From Terriglobia bacterium (GTDB taxonomy: Bacteria > Acidobacteriota > Terriglobia > Acidiferrales > 2-02-FULL-67-57), in the NCBI GenBank assembly GCA_046758465.1, contig JBHIAG010000003.1:1-51665 (forward strand): DNA of 51,665 nt, written 5' to 3'. Positions 19,622 through 29,606 of the stretch are shown here, piece by piece. The number at the start of each line of letters is the position of its first letter. Within the stretch, counting starts at the first letter, position 1. The notes below the pieces were generated by a model. The model made no database searches and was not told where the DNA came from. It saw only the letters and a program-made list of their open reading frames with translations. A program made the translations under genes and the position numbers.

Positions 19622-20394
19622 TGACGACGCTTGAGCAACGCATCGCCCGCGCCGCACGGGGAGGTCCGAGCGAGATTACCCTCCTTGTGCACGACACCGA
19701 AGCCGAGGTCCTTCAGGCGCTGCTCCGCAATCCCTTTCTGAGCGAAGAACACCTGCTCACCCTGCTCCATCGGAAGGACTTGCCGCGCGAAGTCTTGCAG
19801 AGCGTGGCCGACCAGCCCGAGTGGGTGAAGAGCTATCCGGTCAAGCTGGCCCTGGTGCGCCACCCGAAGACGCCGCGGCTCGTTTCGCTCAAGCTGCTCA
19901 AGCACCTCTACTTGTTTGACTTGGTGACCGTGGTCCAGCAGCCCGCGGTCTCGGCGGAAATCAAGCGCCTGGCGGAAGACAACATTATCAACCGGCTTGA
20001 GCAGCTCCCGCTCGGCCAGCGTATCACCCTGGCCCGGCGTGTCTCCGGGCGCGTTGTGGCCGCCTTGCTTGCCCTGGGCGATGAGCCCGTCATCCCGGTC
20101 GCGCTGGACAGCCCCTTTCTGACAGAAGCGGCCCTCATTCGACTCCTCGAGCGCGACGAAATCCCCACGGCCGTGATCGAACAAATCGCTCGCCACCCAA
20201 AGTGGTCGCTGCGCTATGACATTCGTCTCGCCCTCCTGCGGCATCCCTTGACGCCCCTGGCGCGCTTCCTGGTCTTTCTGCCCGCATTGACCCCGCAGGA
20301 CCTCCGGTTGATTGCTTCCGACCATAAGATTCCGGCGGACCGGCGCACCTACCTGGAAGAACTGGCAAGACGACGTCTGCGCCGCGCGCGCTAG
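19621..20394 (+). CDS. Hypothetical helical-repeat protein with an internal duplication
   Basis: ATG overlaps the kinase TGA; two copies of PFL(S/T)E..L..LL.R...P..V...(I/V)A..P.W...Y..(K/R)LAL(V/L)RHP.TP. Confidence 0.75.
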   Translation: MTTLEQRIARAARGGPSEITLLVHDTEAEVLQALLRNPFLSEEHLLTLLHRKDLPREVLQSVADQPEWVKSYPVKLALVRHPKTPRLVSLKLLKHLYLFDLVTVVQQPAVSAEIKRLAEDNIINRLEQLPLGQRITLARRVSGRVVAALLALGDEPVIPVALDSPFLTEAALIRLLERDEIPTAVIEQIARHPKWSLRYDIRLALLRHPLTPLARFLVFLPALTPQDLRLIASDHKIPADRRTYLEELARRRLRRAR

Positions 20395-20415
20395 CAACCG
20401 TTGCGCGGCACGCCC

Positions 20416-21135
20416 CTAGGGCTTCTGCGTGGGTCGCAATAAAACTTCGCTGATGAAACTCTGCTCGGGTTGCTGCACTAATAACGTGACCACGCGCGCC
20501 ACGTCAGTGGGTCGGAGCATCTTCTTCGGGTCTTTGCCTGTGTGCGGGGAAAACTCGGTGCGCACCGAACCTGGGCAGATGACGCTGACGCGGATGCCGT
20601 AGCCACGCAAGTCTTCCGCCATGGAATAGCTGAATCCCACTAAGCCGAACTTCGAGGCGCAATACACGCTGCCCCCGGCAAAGCCGTTCTTCGCGGCGAG
20701 CGACGCGATGTTGATGATGTGGCCGCTGCGCTGGCGGATCATCTGTGGGATTACTGCCTGCGAGCAGTAGAAAGCTCCGCGCAGGTTGGTGTTCAGGACC
20801 CTCTCCCAGTCGGCCTCGGAAAAGTCCTGCACGGGGCCGAAGAGGCCCACGCCGGCGTTGTTCACCAACACGTCGGCGCGGCCAAAGCGTGCCAGCACTT
20901 CCGTAAACGCCTTGCGGACGTCTTGCACCTTTTGGACATCGCAGACCAGCGGCAGGGTTTCGACCCCGCGCGCAGCCACCTGCGCCGCCGCCGGCTCTAG
21001 GGGCACCGGGCGGCGCGCGAGCAGCGCCACGCGACTGCCCAGGCTGGCCAACGCCTCCGCGATCGCCAGGCCGATGCCTTGGCTGGCTCCGGTAACAATA
21101 GCAACCTGGTCGGCACAGGGCTTAGCCTTGGGCAT
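20416..21135 (-). CDS. Short-chain dehydrogenase/reductase
   Basis: TGASQGIG, NNAG, YCASK, PGSVRT. Confidence 0.92.
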   Translation of the reverse strand: MPKAKPCADQVAIVTGASQGIGLAIAEALASLGSRVALLARRPVPLEPAAAQVAARGVETLPLVCDVQKVQDVRKAFTEVLARFGRADVLVNNAGVGLFGPVQDFSEADWERVLNTNLRGAFYCSQAVIPQMIRQRSGHIINIASLAAKNGFAGGSVYCASKFGLVGFSYSMAEDLRGYGIRVSVICPGSVRTEFSPHTGKDPKKMLRPTDVARVVTLLVQQPEQSFISEVLLRPTQKP

Positions 21136-21268
21136 AGGAAACTCCACAATTAAACTGGGCGATAAAACGCTTTTCGCCTACCTGCCATCATAGCCAGAAG
21201 GGGAGGGGGACGAAAGGAGGATGCTTCCGGACAGCGAGCTGGCGGCCGGGCTGGATGCAGAAAGATGC

Positions 21269-21297
21269 TTGCGCTCCGTCGGGCGGCACCCTATAAT
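21269..21297 (+). promoter_or_regulatory. sigma-70-type promoter
   Basis: TTGCGC, 17-nt spacer, TATAAT, upstream of the 21392 gene. Confidence 0.55.
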
Positions 21298-21391
21298 CTG
21301 CGGTTTGTTGACGGGGCTGCACGCCACCCGACAGCTTACTGCGACGGCTGAGCCCGCCGCAGACATCCCGGAAGGGGGCAGGAGAATCATT

Positions 21392-22669
21392 ATGGGAGTA
21401 CGAAATCGTTGGGTCATGCTCGCGCTGGGAATCTTGGTACTTGCGCTCAGCGTGCCGGCACAGCAGGCGAAGCCGCCCTACAGCATCCAGGAGTATAACG
21501 ACTTCACCGCCGCGGTCAATGAGCAGGACCCGCAAGCCCGCGTTCGAGCCCTGGATGCTTTTCTCCAGGAATATCCCGAGTCCTCGCTGCGTCCCTTCGT
21601 CTTTCAGTCCTACTTGGAGATATACCAGAAAGGGTTGAACTGGTCGAAGGTTGTAGAGTATGCGGACAAGTTTCTGGCCTTGGATCCTGCCCTGGTCGAG
21701 GCAGTGTACAAACAACCGGGTCAAACCGGCGAGCAAGTAAAACAGCAAGTGGCCCTGCGCACCTATCAGATGCTCGCACTTCGGGCGCGCGCCTTCCTCC
21801 AAGACACGGGCTCGCAGTCCGATGGCGCTGCAGAAAAAGCTGCTCGGTTGGCGCGGGAGGGGTTACAACGGCTCGAGCGGATCGCGAGACCCTCAAATTT
21901 GACACCGGAAAAGTTTGCTGAGGTTAAAAAGCAAGAGGCCGTCATCTTCCACACAGTGCTCGGCAACGTGGCTTTCCGCAAGAAGGACTACGATACGGCG
22001 GCCCGTGAATACAAACTTGTAGTGGAGCAGAATCCAAACCACGCCTTCTACACCTATCGCCTCGGGGTTTCCTATCTGCAAGCGAACCAGCCGAACTCCC
22101 TCGCAGGGTTCTGGGCGGTAGCACGTTCGGTGGCTCTTTTCCCCGAAAACCAAAAGACGAACGTGCGCGATTACCTCGTGAAAAATGCCGCTGCCTACGT
22201 CGGTGTTTTGCCCGCCTGCCTGAACAAGGAGATAGCCTGGCTGCTGAATCAGGCGCAGCAATCCACCACGCTCCCGGCGGGCTGGTCGTTGCCCGCCGCC
22301 GAGCAGGTCACAGCCATCCGCAACGACCTGACTGTCAAGCGCATTTTTGACGAACTCAAAGCTGGGGGCGAGCAACAACGGCTCATCTGGTTGGCCAGTT
22401 GCGGGATGGAATTGCCCGATGTCCCGGGCAAAGTTTTGGAAGTCACGGATTCAGACGACAACCTCCTGACCCTGCGCCTGGCTGTGGGGGAGGAAGCTGC
22501 CGACGCCGATATCGCCAACGTGGAAGTGAAGGTGACGGAGCCGCCGGAGGCCAGGAATCTCAAGCCGGGCAACATCGTGCGCATCACGGCCGTGCTGACC
22601 AACTACCAATTGGAACCCTTCCTGCTGCGGCTGACGGAAGGTCGAGTAAATCCAGAAGACATCCCTTAG
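21392..22669 (+). CDS. Secreted TPR-like protein with a beta-rich (OB-like) C-terminal domain
   Basis: GGAG RBS; signal peptide MGVRNRWVMLALGILVLALSVPA; TPR-like LGNVAFRKKDYDTAAREY..VVEQNP..YRLG. Confidence 0.75.
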   Translation: MGVRNRWVMLALGILVLALSVPAQQAKPPYSIQEYNDFTAAVNEQDPQARVRALDAFLQEYPESSLRPFVFQSYLEIYQKGLNWSKVVEYADKFLALDPALVEAVYKQPGQTGEQVKQQVALRTYQMLALRARAFLQDTGSQSDGAAEKAARLAREGLQRLERIARPSNLTPEKFAEVKKQEAVIFHTVLGNVAFRKKDYDTAAREYKLVVEQNPNHAFYTYRLGVSYLQANQPNSLAGFWAVARSVALFPENQKTNVRDYLVKNAAAYVGVLPACLNKEIAWLLNQAQQSTTLPAGWSLPAAEQVTAIRNDLTVKRIFDELKAGGEQQRLIWLASCGMELPDVPGKVLEVTDSDDNLLTLRLAVGEEAADADIANVEVKVTEPPEARNLKPGNIVRITAVLTNYQLEPFLLRLTEGRVNPEDIP

Positions 22670-22762
22670 AAGGCGTCCGCCCCGCGCCGGCGCTCACGCC
22701 GCCCTCGCTAGGCGGCGACACACCTGCGCTGGTATTTCGGAACGTCGGGAGAGGGTGTCTAC

Positions 22763-22990
22763 CTAGCGGCGACCGGCTGCGCGCGGTCGCTGGTCTAACC
22801 GGTAGGCATCAATTTTGCGGCTGAGCGTATTGCGGTGAATGCCGAGGACTTTGGCGGCTTTGGATTGATTACCGCCGGCGGCGTCGAGTACTTTTTTGAT
22901 GAAGCGTTTTTCAAACTCCGCGCGGGCTTCCTCAAAAGCGATGCCGCGATCCACCATTTGACCGATGAGTGCTTCCAGTTGGTCTCTCAC
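22763..22990 (-). CDS. Fis-family helix-turn-helix protein
   Basis: GGNQSKAAKVLGIHRNTLSRK; GTG start after GGGGAG. Confidence 0.85.
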   Translation of the reverse strand: MRDQLEALIGQMVDRGIAFEEARAEFEKRFIKKVLDAAGGNQSKAAKVLGIHRNTLSRKIDAYRLDQRPRAAGRR

Positions 22991-23045
22991 GGTCTCCCCC
23001 CACCGCAAAAAATCAGCTACAAACTCTTAGCCAGGCTGCCCCCGC

Positions 23046-23948
23046 TCAATGCAGTTCTTCTCCGGTCAAGCGCCGATAAGCCTCCCGGTACCGTTCGCGA
23101 GTTGCCTGCACCACCGCGGGCGGAAGGGCAGGTGCGGGGGGCTGCTTGTTCCAGCCGCTTTGTTCGAGGTAATCGCGCACGAATTGTTTGTCGAACGAGG
23201 CCTGGGATTGGCCCGGGCGATAGTGATCCCGGTCCCAAAAACGAGAAGAATCTGGTGTCAGCACTTCGTCAATCAGCAGCACGCGCTCGCCCAGGCGCCC
23301 AAATTCGAACTTAGTATCGGCAAGGATGATCCCACGCGTGCGTGCATAGTCAGCCGCGCGGCGATAAATGTCCAGGCTCAGTGACCGTAGCTGCTCAGCT
23401 AGCCTTCCCCCCACCCGTGCCACCATGTCATCGAATGAAATGTTGATGTCGTGTCCCGACGTGGCCTTGGTAGCCGGTGTGAACAATGGCTCGGGCAGGG
23501 CCTCGGACTCCCGCAGCCCGGCCGGAAGCGGAATCCCGCAGACCCTGCCCCCCTGCTGATAGTCTTTCCATCCTGATCCCGCTAAATAGCCGCGCACGAC
23601 GCATTCGATGGGTACGGGGTGCGCGTGTTTGACCAACATCGAGCGTCCCCGCAGGCCGTCGCGGTGTGGCGCGAGTGGGGCGGGGTAGTCGTCCGGATTC
23701 GCGCTCATGAAGTGACTCTCCACGTGGTCGCGCAAAAAGTTGAACCAAAAAACCGAAACTTGCGTGAGTACTTTCCCTTTGTCGGGAATCCCCGTCGGAA
23801 GAACGCAATCAAAAGCCGAGATTCGGTCGGTAGCGACGATGAGAAGTTGCGAGTCTACTTCATACAGGTCACGAACTTTGCCGCGGACAAAGAGTTTTAC
23901 CGCAGAAAAATTCGTTTCGAGAACCACGCTTGCTGTGGTGACTTCCAC
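23046..23948 (-). CDS. purC: SAICAR synthetase
   Basis: GKVRDLY, TDRISAFD, ECVVRGYLAGS, ADTKFEFG, DEVLTPDSSRFW, FDKQFVRD. Confidence 0.97.
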   Translation of the reverse strand: MEVTTASVVLETNFSAVKLFVRGKVRDLYEVDSQLLIVATDRISAFDCVLPTGIPDKGKVLTQVSVFWFNFLRDHVESHFMSANPDDYPAPLAPHRDGLRGRSMLVKHAHPVPIECVVRGYLAGSGWKDYQQGGRVCGIPLPAGLRESEALPEPLFTPATKATSGHDINISFDDMVARVGGRLAEQLRSLSLDIYRRAADYARTRGIILADTKFEFGRLGERVLLIDEVLTPDSSRFWDRDHYRPGQSQASFDKQFVRDYLEQSGWNKQPPAPALPPAVVQATRERYREAYRRLTGEELH

Positions 23949-23970
23949 CGCCGCTCAACCGGTGGGGGGC

Positions 23971-23998
23971 ATTCTATCCGCTAGGGCGGGAATGTCAA
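23971..23998 (-). promoter_or_regulatory. sigma-70 promoter of purC-fis
   Basis: Minus strand TTGACA, 16-nt spacer, TAGAAT. Confidence 0.6.
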
Positions 23999-24035
23999 CC
24001 GGAAAGGAAAGGCGAAAAACAACAAGTTCACCCTC

Positions 24036-27000
24036 TCACGCTGCGGTCGAGGCGCCCTCTTCAAACCGCACGGAGACGATCTGCGAGATGGCGTTCTGCA
24101 TGGTGACGCCGTAGAGCACCGGCGCGATTTCCATCGTTCTTTTGTTATGGGTGATGAGAATGAATTGCGTTTGGGCGCTCATTTCTTGGATCAAGTGAGT
24201 GAAGCGGCCCACATTGGCATCGTCCAACGGCGCATCCACTTCGTCCAGAATGCAGAAGGGACTGGGTTGATAGCGAAAAACGGCGATCAGCAACGCCAGC
24301 GCCGCTAAGGCTTTTTCGCCGCCGGACAGCAGTAAGACATTCTGCAAGCGCTTGCCGGGTGGCTGACAAATCAAATCAATGCCGCTCTCCCCCGGATTAT
24401 CCGCGTCGGTCAGGCGCATCGTGGCCGAGCCCCCGCCGAACAGCGTGCGGAAGGTTTGGGTGAAATTCTGGTTGATGGCGGCGAAGGCTTCCGCGAACTG
24501 CTTGGCGGAGACGGCATCAATCTCGTGGATGGCCTGGGTGGTGTCGGCGATGGACGCCAGGAGGTCCTCGCGCTGTCGGGCGAGGAAGGCGTGGCGCTGC
24601 TCGCACTCCTGGAATTCTTCGAGCGCCATCATGTTGATGGCTCCGAGGTTTTCGAGCTTGTCTTTCAGGATGCGATAGTTCTCCTCGGCTTGCGCGAGCG
24701 CCTCCCCGCACAGGCGCTCAGGGCACTCGGCCGCAAGTTGCGTGCCCGTGAGGCCAAAGTCACTCTGGCAGGACGTCTCCAAATGGCTGCGCTCGGTTTC
24801 GAGCCGCACACGCTCAACCTCAAGCGTATGCTGGCGGTTGCGCTGGGCGTCAAGCTCGCTGCGGGCCGCGCGGAGCGCGGCATCGGTCTCGAGCAACTTC
24901 TGTCTCGCAATGTCGAGCTCCGTCGCAATCTGCTCGCCACCCGCTTCAGCAGTACGTTTTTCCTCCTCCCGTTGCTTGACCTCGCTCTCGCCTTGCACGA
25001 TGAGTTCCGCCAGCTCTTGCCGGCGACGTGTTAGGTGCGCATGGAGCTGCTCGTGTTTGTCCCGTTCGGCCTGCCAGTGCTCCTGCTCGGCGGCCAGGCG
25101 CTGTTGTTCTTGCTGAGCGGCCAGGCTGCGCTCTTCGAGAGCAGCCAGCCGTGCGGACTGCTCGGTCAATAGGCCGGCATCGTGCGTCGCTTGCTGGCGA
25201 GCATTCTGTAGGGCTTCTCGCACGCCCGCAACGCCCGCTTCCAGCTCTGTGGCCTGGGTGGTCAACTCTTTCTGCCGTGTCGTCAGCGCGGCGATGCGCT
25301 GCGCGATCGTATCGCGCTCGCCAGCGCGGGTGTGGAGTTCATCCAAAGCCTGCTGTTCTTCCCGCTCCCACCGGGCGTGTTCGGCAGCGAGAATCTGAAG
25401 TTGCTGTTCGGATTGGAGCAACGTTTTCTCCTGTGCAAACAGCGATTGCCGCACCGCACCGAGCTGGCGTTCCCGTTCCTCCAGGATTTGTTCCAGCGCC
25501 CGCAGGTTTGATTCCTCCGAGCTGGCAATAGGATCGAGTTCGGCTTTCTTCTGCGCCACGGTGTCGAGCTCACGCTTCAGCATGACCGGCCCGTGGCCAT
25601 TACGCGTGCCGCCACTTACAAGCCGGCCGTGGTACCAGGTGCCGTCGGTGGAGAGGAAGAAGAGTTGTGGATGCTTCCGTGCCATCTCCTCGGCGACTTG
25701 CGCCGAGCGGACGAGGTAAGAGCGGCTGAGCCGCGGCAGCAGGTGCGCCGCCTCCTGACTCAGCGGCCCCTGGAAGCGAACCAGGTCAGTCAGGGGTGCG
25801 AGGATGCCATTGCCAGAGTGCAGAGCGGCAGCCTCGGCCGCCGACAATTTCCAGGGCCTGTCTTTGATCGGGCTCCGTCCAAAAGAGTCCACCAGAAAGG
25901 TGGCACGGCCGGTGGCCTGGTCGCGCAGGAGTTTGACGCCGCTGCGCGCTGCCTCGTAGGTTTCCACCACAACGTACTCCAGCTCGTCGCGCAAGTACTC
26001 TTCGAGCAGAGGGGCGTAGTGCGAGTCAAACTCTGCGAAATCAGCCACGACCCCCACGGCTCGAAAAGCTGAAGTGGCTGATCCCCTATCGACGGCCAGG
26101 AGTTTTTGCACGGGCTCAGCAAAGGCAGTACGCTGCGCGAGCAGACCCGCGAGCACCTGCTGCTGGGCCGCGGCGGTCGCCAGGGACTGGCGCAATTCTT
26201 CGACCCGCACTTTTTCCGCACAATGACGCTGCTGCGCATCGGTGAGTTCTTGTTCGGCGGTGCGCACCTGCTCCTGCGCCCGCAGCAGTTCACGCTGTGC
26301 CTCGACCCGGGCGGCTGCGACACGCGCCTGTTCTGCGCTCAGGCGAGCTTTTTCCCGCGCAGCCTGTTCCCGCTCCGTGGCGAACCGCTGAATCTGCTCG
26401 GCGGTGGCCGGCGCAACGTCTTCGAGTTGCGCGAACTCGGCACGCGCGTTGGCCAGTTGATTCAGGCACTCCGCGTGCTGCTGCTGCAGGTGCTGGAGGT
26501 GGGCTTCCTCGGCGTGGATCTGTTGGCCGAGTGAGGCTTGCTGCGTTTTCAGGGACTGCACGGCAGTACGGGCAGTGGTGAGCTCGGCCGCCAGTTGTTC
26601 CAAGGCGGTGGCGGTAGCGGTCGCGCTGGCCTGGTTCTGTTCGACCTGCTGCGCCAACACCTGCTGTTGACGCACAGCGTCTTCGAGTTGGCGGCCCAGT
26701 TCCTCGTGCTGGCGGCGTGCGTCGGCCAGCCGCGTTTGGGCCCGTTCTAGCTCCAGGATGAGTTGGCCCGCTTGGTTTTGCTGGCGGCGGAGGGTGGCTT
26801 CGAGCTCGAAGCTGCGGGCCTGGGTTTGCTCCTGCGACTGTTCCAGGGCCCCTAGGGTACCGGTCACACGCTCGAGCTCTCGAGCGCTGGCTTCCAGCTC
26901 GTTCGCTAGAAGGGTCTCACTGGCCCGCGAAGCCTCGAAGCGGCTGGCCAGCAAGCGCCGCCGAAGCTGCTGGATTTCTGCCTTCAGCTCCTGGTACCGC

Positions 27001-27728
27001 CGGGCGCGGGCGGCCTGGCGTTTCAACGAGTTCAACTGCTTGGTCACTTCTTCGAAGATGTCATTCAACCGCAACAGGTTCTGCTGGGCGGACTGCAGTT
27101 TGGCCTCGGCCAGCCGGCGCTTGGTTTTGTACTTGGTGACGCCAGCGGCTTCTTCAATCAATGCCCGGCGGTCGGCCGGACGCGAGGACAAAATCTGCCC
27201 GATGCGGCCTTGCTCAATGATGGCGTAGGACTCCGGCCCCAACCCTGTCCCCATAAAGAGTTCCTGGATGTCACGCAGCCGGCACAGTTCGCCGTTCAGG
27301 TAGTATTCGCTCTCCCCCGAGCGGTGGAGTCGCCGTGTCACCACTACCTCACCCGGCAAAATCTTCAAGTTGAGCCGATTTTTCCTCCGCTTGCGTTCGC
27401 TGTCTTCGCCAGCCTGCGGGGGTTCGGGAGTCTCGCCGGACGGAGGAGCGAGCGCAGCCGCCGGATCGACCAGCGTCAGGGTGACTTCCGCCAGGTTGGT
27501 GGGCGGTTCCGTGGCGGTCCCGTTGAAGATGCAGTCGGCCATGCGGCCGCTACGGAGCGTGCGCGGGCTCTGCTCGCCCAGCACCCAGAGGATGGCGTCG
27601 GCGATGTTTGACTTCCCGCACCCATTGGGGCCTACAATGGCCACCACACCGGTGCCGCCGAAGTTGATCTGGGTTCGTCGGCTGAAGGACTTGAAGCCGA
27701 ACAACGTGACTTTACGCAGCCGCAGCAA
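24036..27728 (-). CDS. smc: Chromosome segregation protein SMC
   Basis: GFKSF, GPNGCGKSN, long coiled coils, hinge GRATF, LSGGEK, ILDEVDAPLD; TTG start after GAGGGGG. Confidence 0.96.
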   Translation of the reverse strand: MLRLRKVTLFGFKSFSRRTQINFGGTGVVAIVGPNGCGKSNIADAILWVLGEQSPRTLRSGRMADCIFNGTATEPPTNLAEVTLTLVDPAAALAPPSGETPEPPQAGEDSERKRRKNRLNLKILPGEVVVTRRLHRSGESEYYLNGELCRLRDIQELFMGTGLGPESYAIIEQGRIGQILSSRPADRRALIEEAAGVTKYKTKRRLAEAKLQSAQQNLLRLNDIFEEVTKQLNSLKRQAARARRYQELKAEIQQLRRRLLASRFEASRASETLLANELEASARELERVTGTLGALEQSQEQTQARSFELEATLRRQQNQAGQLILELERAQTRLADARRQHEELGRQLEDAVRQQQVLAQQVEQNQASATATATALEQLAAELTTARTAVQSLKTQQASLGQQIHAEEAHLQHLQQQHAECLNQLANARAEFAQLEDVAPATAEQIQRFATEREQAAREKARLSAEQARVAAARVEAQRELLRAQEQVRTAEQELTDAQQRHCAEKVRVEELRQSLATAAAQQQVLAGLLAQRTAFAEPVQKLLAVDRGSATSAFRAVGVVADFAEFDSHYAPLLEEYLRDELEYVVVETYEAARSGVKLLRDQATGRATFLVDSFGRSPIKDRPWKLSAAEAAALHSGNGILAPLTDLVRFQGPLSQEAAHLLPRLSRSYLVRSAQVAEEMARKHPQLFFLSTDGTWYHGRLVSGGTRNGHGPVMLKRELDTVAQKKAELDPIASSEESNLRALEQILEERERQLGAVRQSLFAQEKTLLQSEQQLQILAAEHARWEREEQQALDELHTRAGERDTIAQRIAALTTRQKELTTQATELEAGVAGVREALQNARQQATHDAGLLTEQSARLAALEERSLAAQQEQQRLAAEQEHWQAERDKHEQLHAHLTRRRQELAELIVQGESEVKQREEEKRTAEAGGEQIATELDIARQKLLETDAALRAARSELDAQRNRQHTLEVERVRLETERSHLETSCQSDFGLTGTQLAAECPERLCGEALAQAEENYRILKDKLENLGAINMMALEEFQECEQRHAFLARQREDLLASIADTTQAIHEIDAVSAKQFAEAFAAINQNFTQTFRTLFGGGSATMRLTDADNPGESGIDLICQPPGKRLQNVLLLSGGEKALAALALLIAVFRYQPSPFCILDEVDAPLDDANVGRFTHLIQEMSAQTQFILITHNKRTMEIAPVLYGVTMQNAISQIVSVRFEEGASTAA

Positions 27729-27926
27729 GCACGCCCCCTCGCAGACAACTCCTTTGAGACGAGAACCGGGAGCTACTCCCTGAAGAACGTTTGGCGGGTT
27801 GATCACACAGCCCGACCGAGGCGCTGGGATGCGGACAAGGCCAGAGGCTAGCACAGGGGGGCAGGCTTGTAAAGCGCCGAAAAAATTTCCCTTCGCGGCC
27901 GCGGGTAGCCGCTGGCCGCCGGTTTC

Positions 27927-27956
27927 TTGACACTGTTTCGAAGCGGCGCATAGAAT
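27927..27956 (+). promoter_or_regulatory. sigma-70 promoter of cysS
   Basis: TTGACA, 18-nt spacer, TAGAAT. Confidence 0.6.
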
Positions 27957-27990
27957 CGTTGGGTTTAGCCCGTGCACGCGGAGAAGAAGA

Positions 27991-29448
27991 GTGGGGTTGC
28001 GGTTCCACAATACATTGAGCGGTCGGGTAGAGGAATTCGTCGCCCTGGAGCCCGGCCGGGTGCGCATGTACACGTGCGGGCCCACCGTGTATCAGTACGC
28101 CCACATCGGTAACTTCCGGACCTTTGTTTTCCAGGACCTGCTGCGGCGCTATTTGCGCTATCGGGGCTATGAGCTGCACCACGTGATGAACATTACCGAT
28201 GTGGACGACAAAACCATCGCCAATGCCGCCGCCGCGGGCTTGAGCCTGCGCGACTACACCGAAAAGTATAGGCAGGCGTTTTTCGCCGACGCGCAGTTGC
28301 TGAACGTGAAGACGCCCGAGGTGGTGGCGTGCGCGACGCATCATATCGCCGACATGGTGGCGCTCGTACAGCGGCTGCAAGAGAAGGGCTACGCCTACCG
28401 TAGCGATGGTTCCTATTACTACCGCATCGCCCGCTTTGCCGATTACGGGAAGCTTTCCAAGATTGACCCCAAGGGCATGCGGGCTGGTGCACGGGTGGAC
28501 GTAGAAGAATATGCGAAAAGCGACCCACGCGATTTTGCTCTTTGGAAGGCCGCCAAGCCCGGCGAGCCTTTCTGGGAGACCGCTATCGGCCGGGGACGTC
28601 CCGGCTGGCACATCGAGTGCTCCGCGATGTCCATGAAGTACTTGGGGCCCCACTTTGACATTCATACCGGGGGTGTAGACCTCATCTTCCCGCACCACGA
28701 GAACGAGATTGCCCAGAGCGAAGCGGCGACGGGGGAGAAATTTGTCAACTACTGGCTCCATGCGGAACATCTGATTGTGGAAGGCGAACGGATGGGTAAG
28801 TCGAAGGGAAACTTCTTCACCTTACGCGACCTCGTCGCCCGCGGCGCCAAACCTTCCGCCATTCGCTACCTGCTTGCCTCTGTGCCCTATCGCAAACCCC
28901 TCAACTTTACCTTCGACGCGCTCCAACAGGCGGCTCGGTCGGTCGAGCGTGTGCGCAATTTCCGTCTGCGCCTGGAGACAGAAAAGTTCTCCTCGGGCTC
29001 GACGCCTGCCTTGGCCGAGCGTGCGGCGCAAGCGCAGCGGGCATTTGAGTCTGCCCTCGACGACGACCTGAACACCGCGGAAGCACTGGCGGCCGTCTTC
29101 AACCTGGTACGCGACGCCAATACCGCCATGGACCGCGGCGAGTTTCGCCAGGGCGACGTGTCCGTCGTGCTGGAGGTGCTGACGCGCTGGGACGAGATTT
29201 TCTTCGTGCTCGCCGACGACGACTTCGCCCGGCTCCAGGCCTACCAGGAAAAGCTGGAGGAGCCGGTGCTGGTGGGGGGGGGCGACGGGGTGCTCAGCGA
29301 CGCGGAAGTCGAGGCCCGGCTGCAAGAACGCGTGGAGGCGCGCAAGCAGCGCGATTTTGCGCGCGCGGACCGCATCCGCGAGGAGTTGGCTGCACGTGGT
29401 ATCATTGTGGAGGACACCAAGAATGGTGTCCGCTGGAAGCGGAGATGA
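27991..29448 (+). CDS. cysS: Cysteinyl-tRNA synthetase
   Basis: CGPTVY, HIGN, DFALWK, PGWHIECS, FPHHENE, RMGKS (KMSKS variant). Confidence 0.98.
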   Translation: MGLRFHNTLSGRVEEFVALEPGRVRMYTCGPTVYQYAHIGNFRTFVFQDLLRRYLRYRGYELHHVMNITDVDDKTIANAAAAGLSLRDYTEKYRQAFFADAQLLNVKTPEVVACATHHIADMVALVQRLQEKGYAYRSDGSYYYRIARFADYGKLSKIDPKGMRAGARVDVEEYAKSDPRDFALWKAAKPGEPFWETAIGRGRPGWHIECSAMSMKYLGPHFDIHTGGVDLIFPHHENEIAQSEAATGEKFVNYWLHAEHLIVEGERMGKSKGNFFTLRDLVARGAKPSAIRYLLASVPYRKPLNFTFDALQQAARSVERVRNFRLRLETEKFSSGSTPALAERAAQAQRAFESALDDDLNTAEALAAVFNLVRDANTAMDRGEFRQGDVSVVLEVLTRWDEIFFVLADDDFARLQAYQEKLEEPVLVGGGDGVLSDAEVEARLQERVEARKQRDFARADRIREELAARGIIVEDTKNGVRWKRR

Positions 29449-29606
29449 AGGCTCATCCCACCCGCATTATCATTTCCCGACTCCGGCTGCCGGCGTCGGC
29501 CCGCCCGAACCTGTTTGGCGCTGACTAATTCTTCCTTGAAGGTCGGTTTCGTGCGGATCAACCTGCAATAAGTTTCGTAGAACAAAGCCTGGCCCAAGGA
29601 GGAGTC

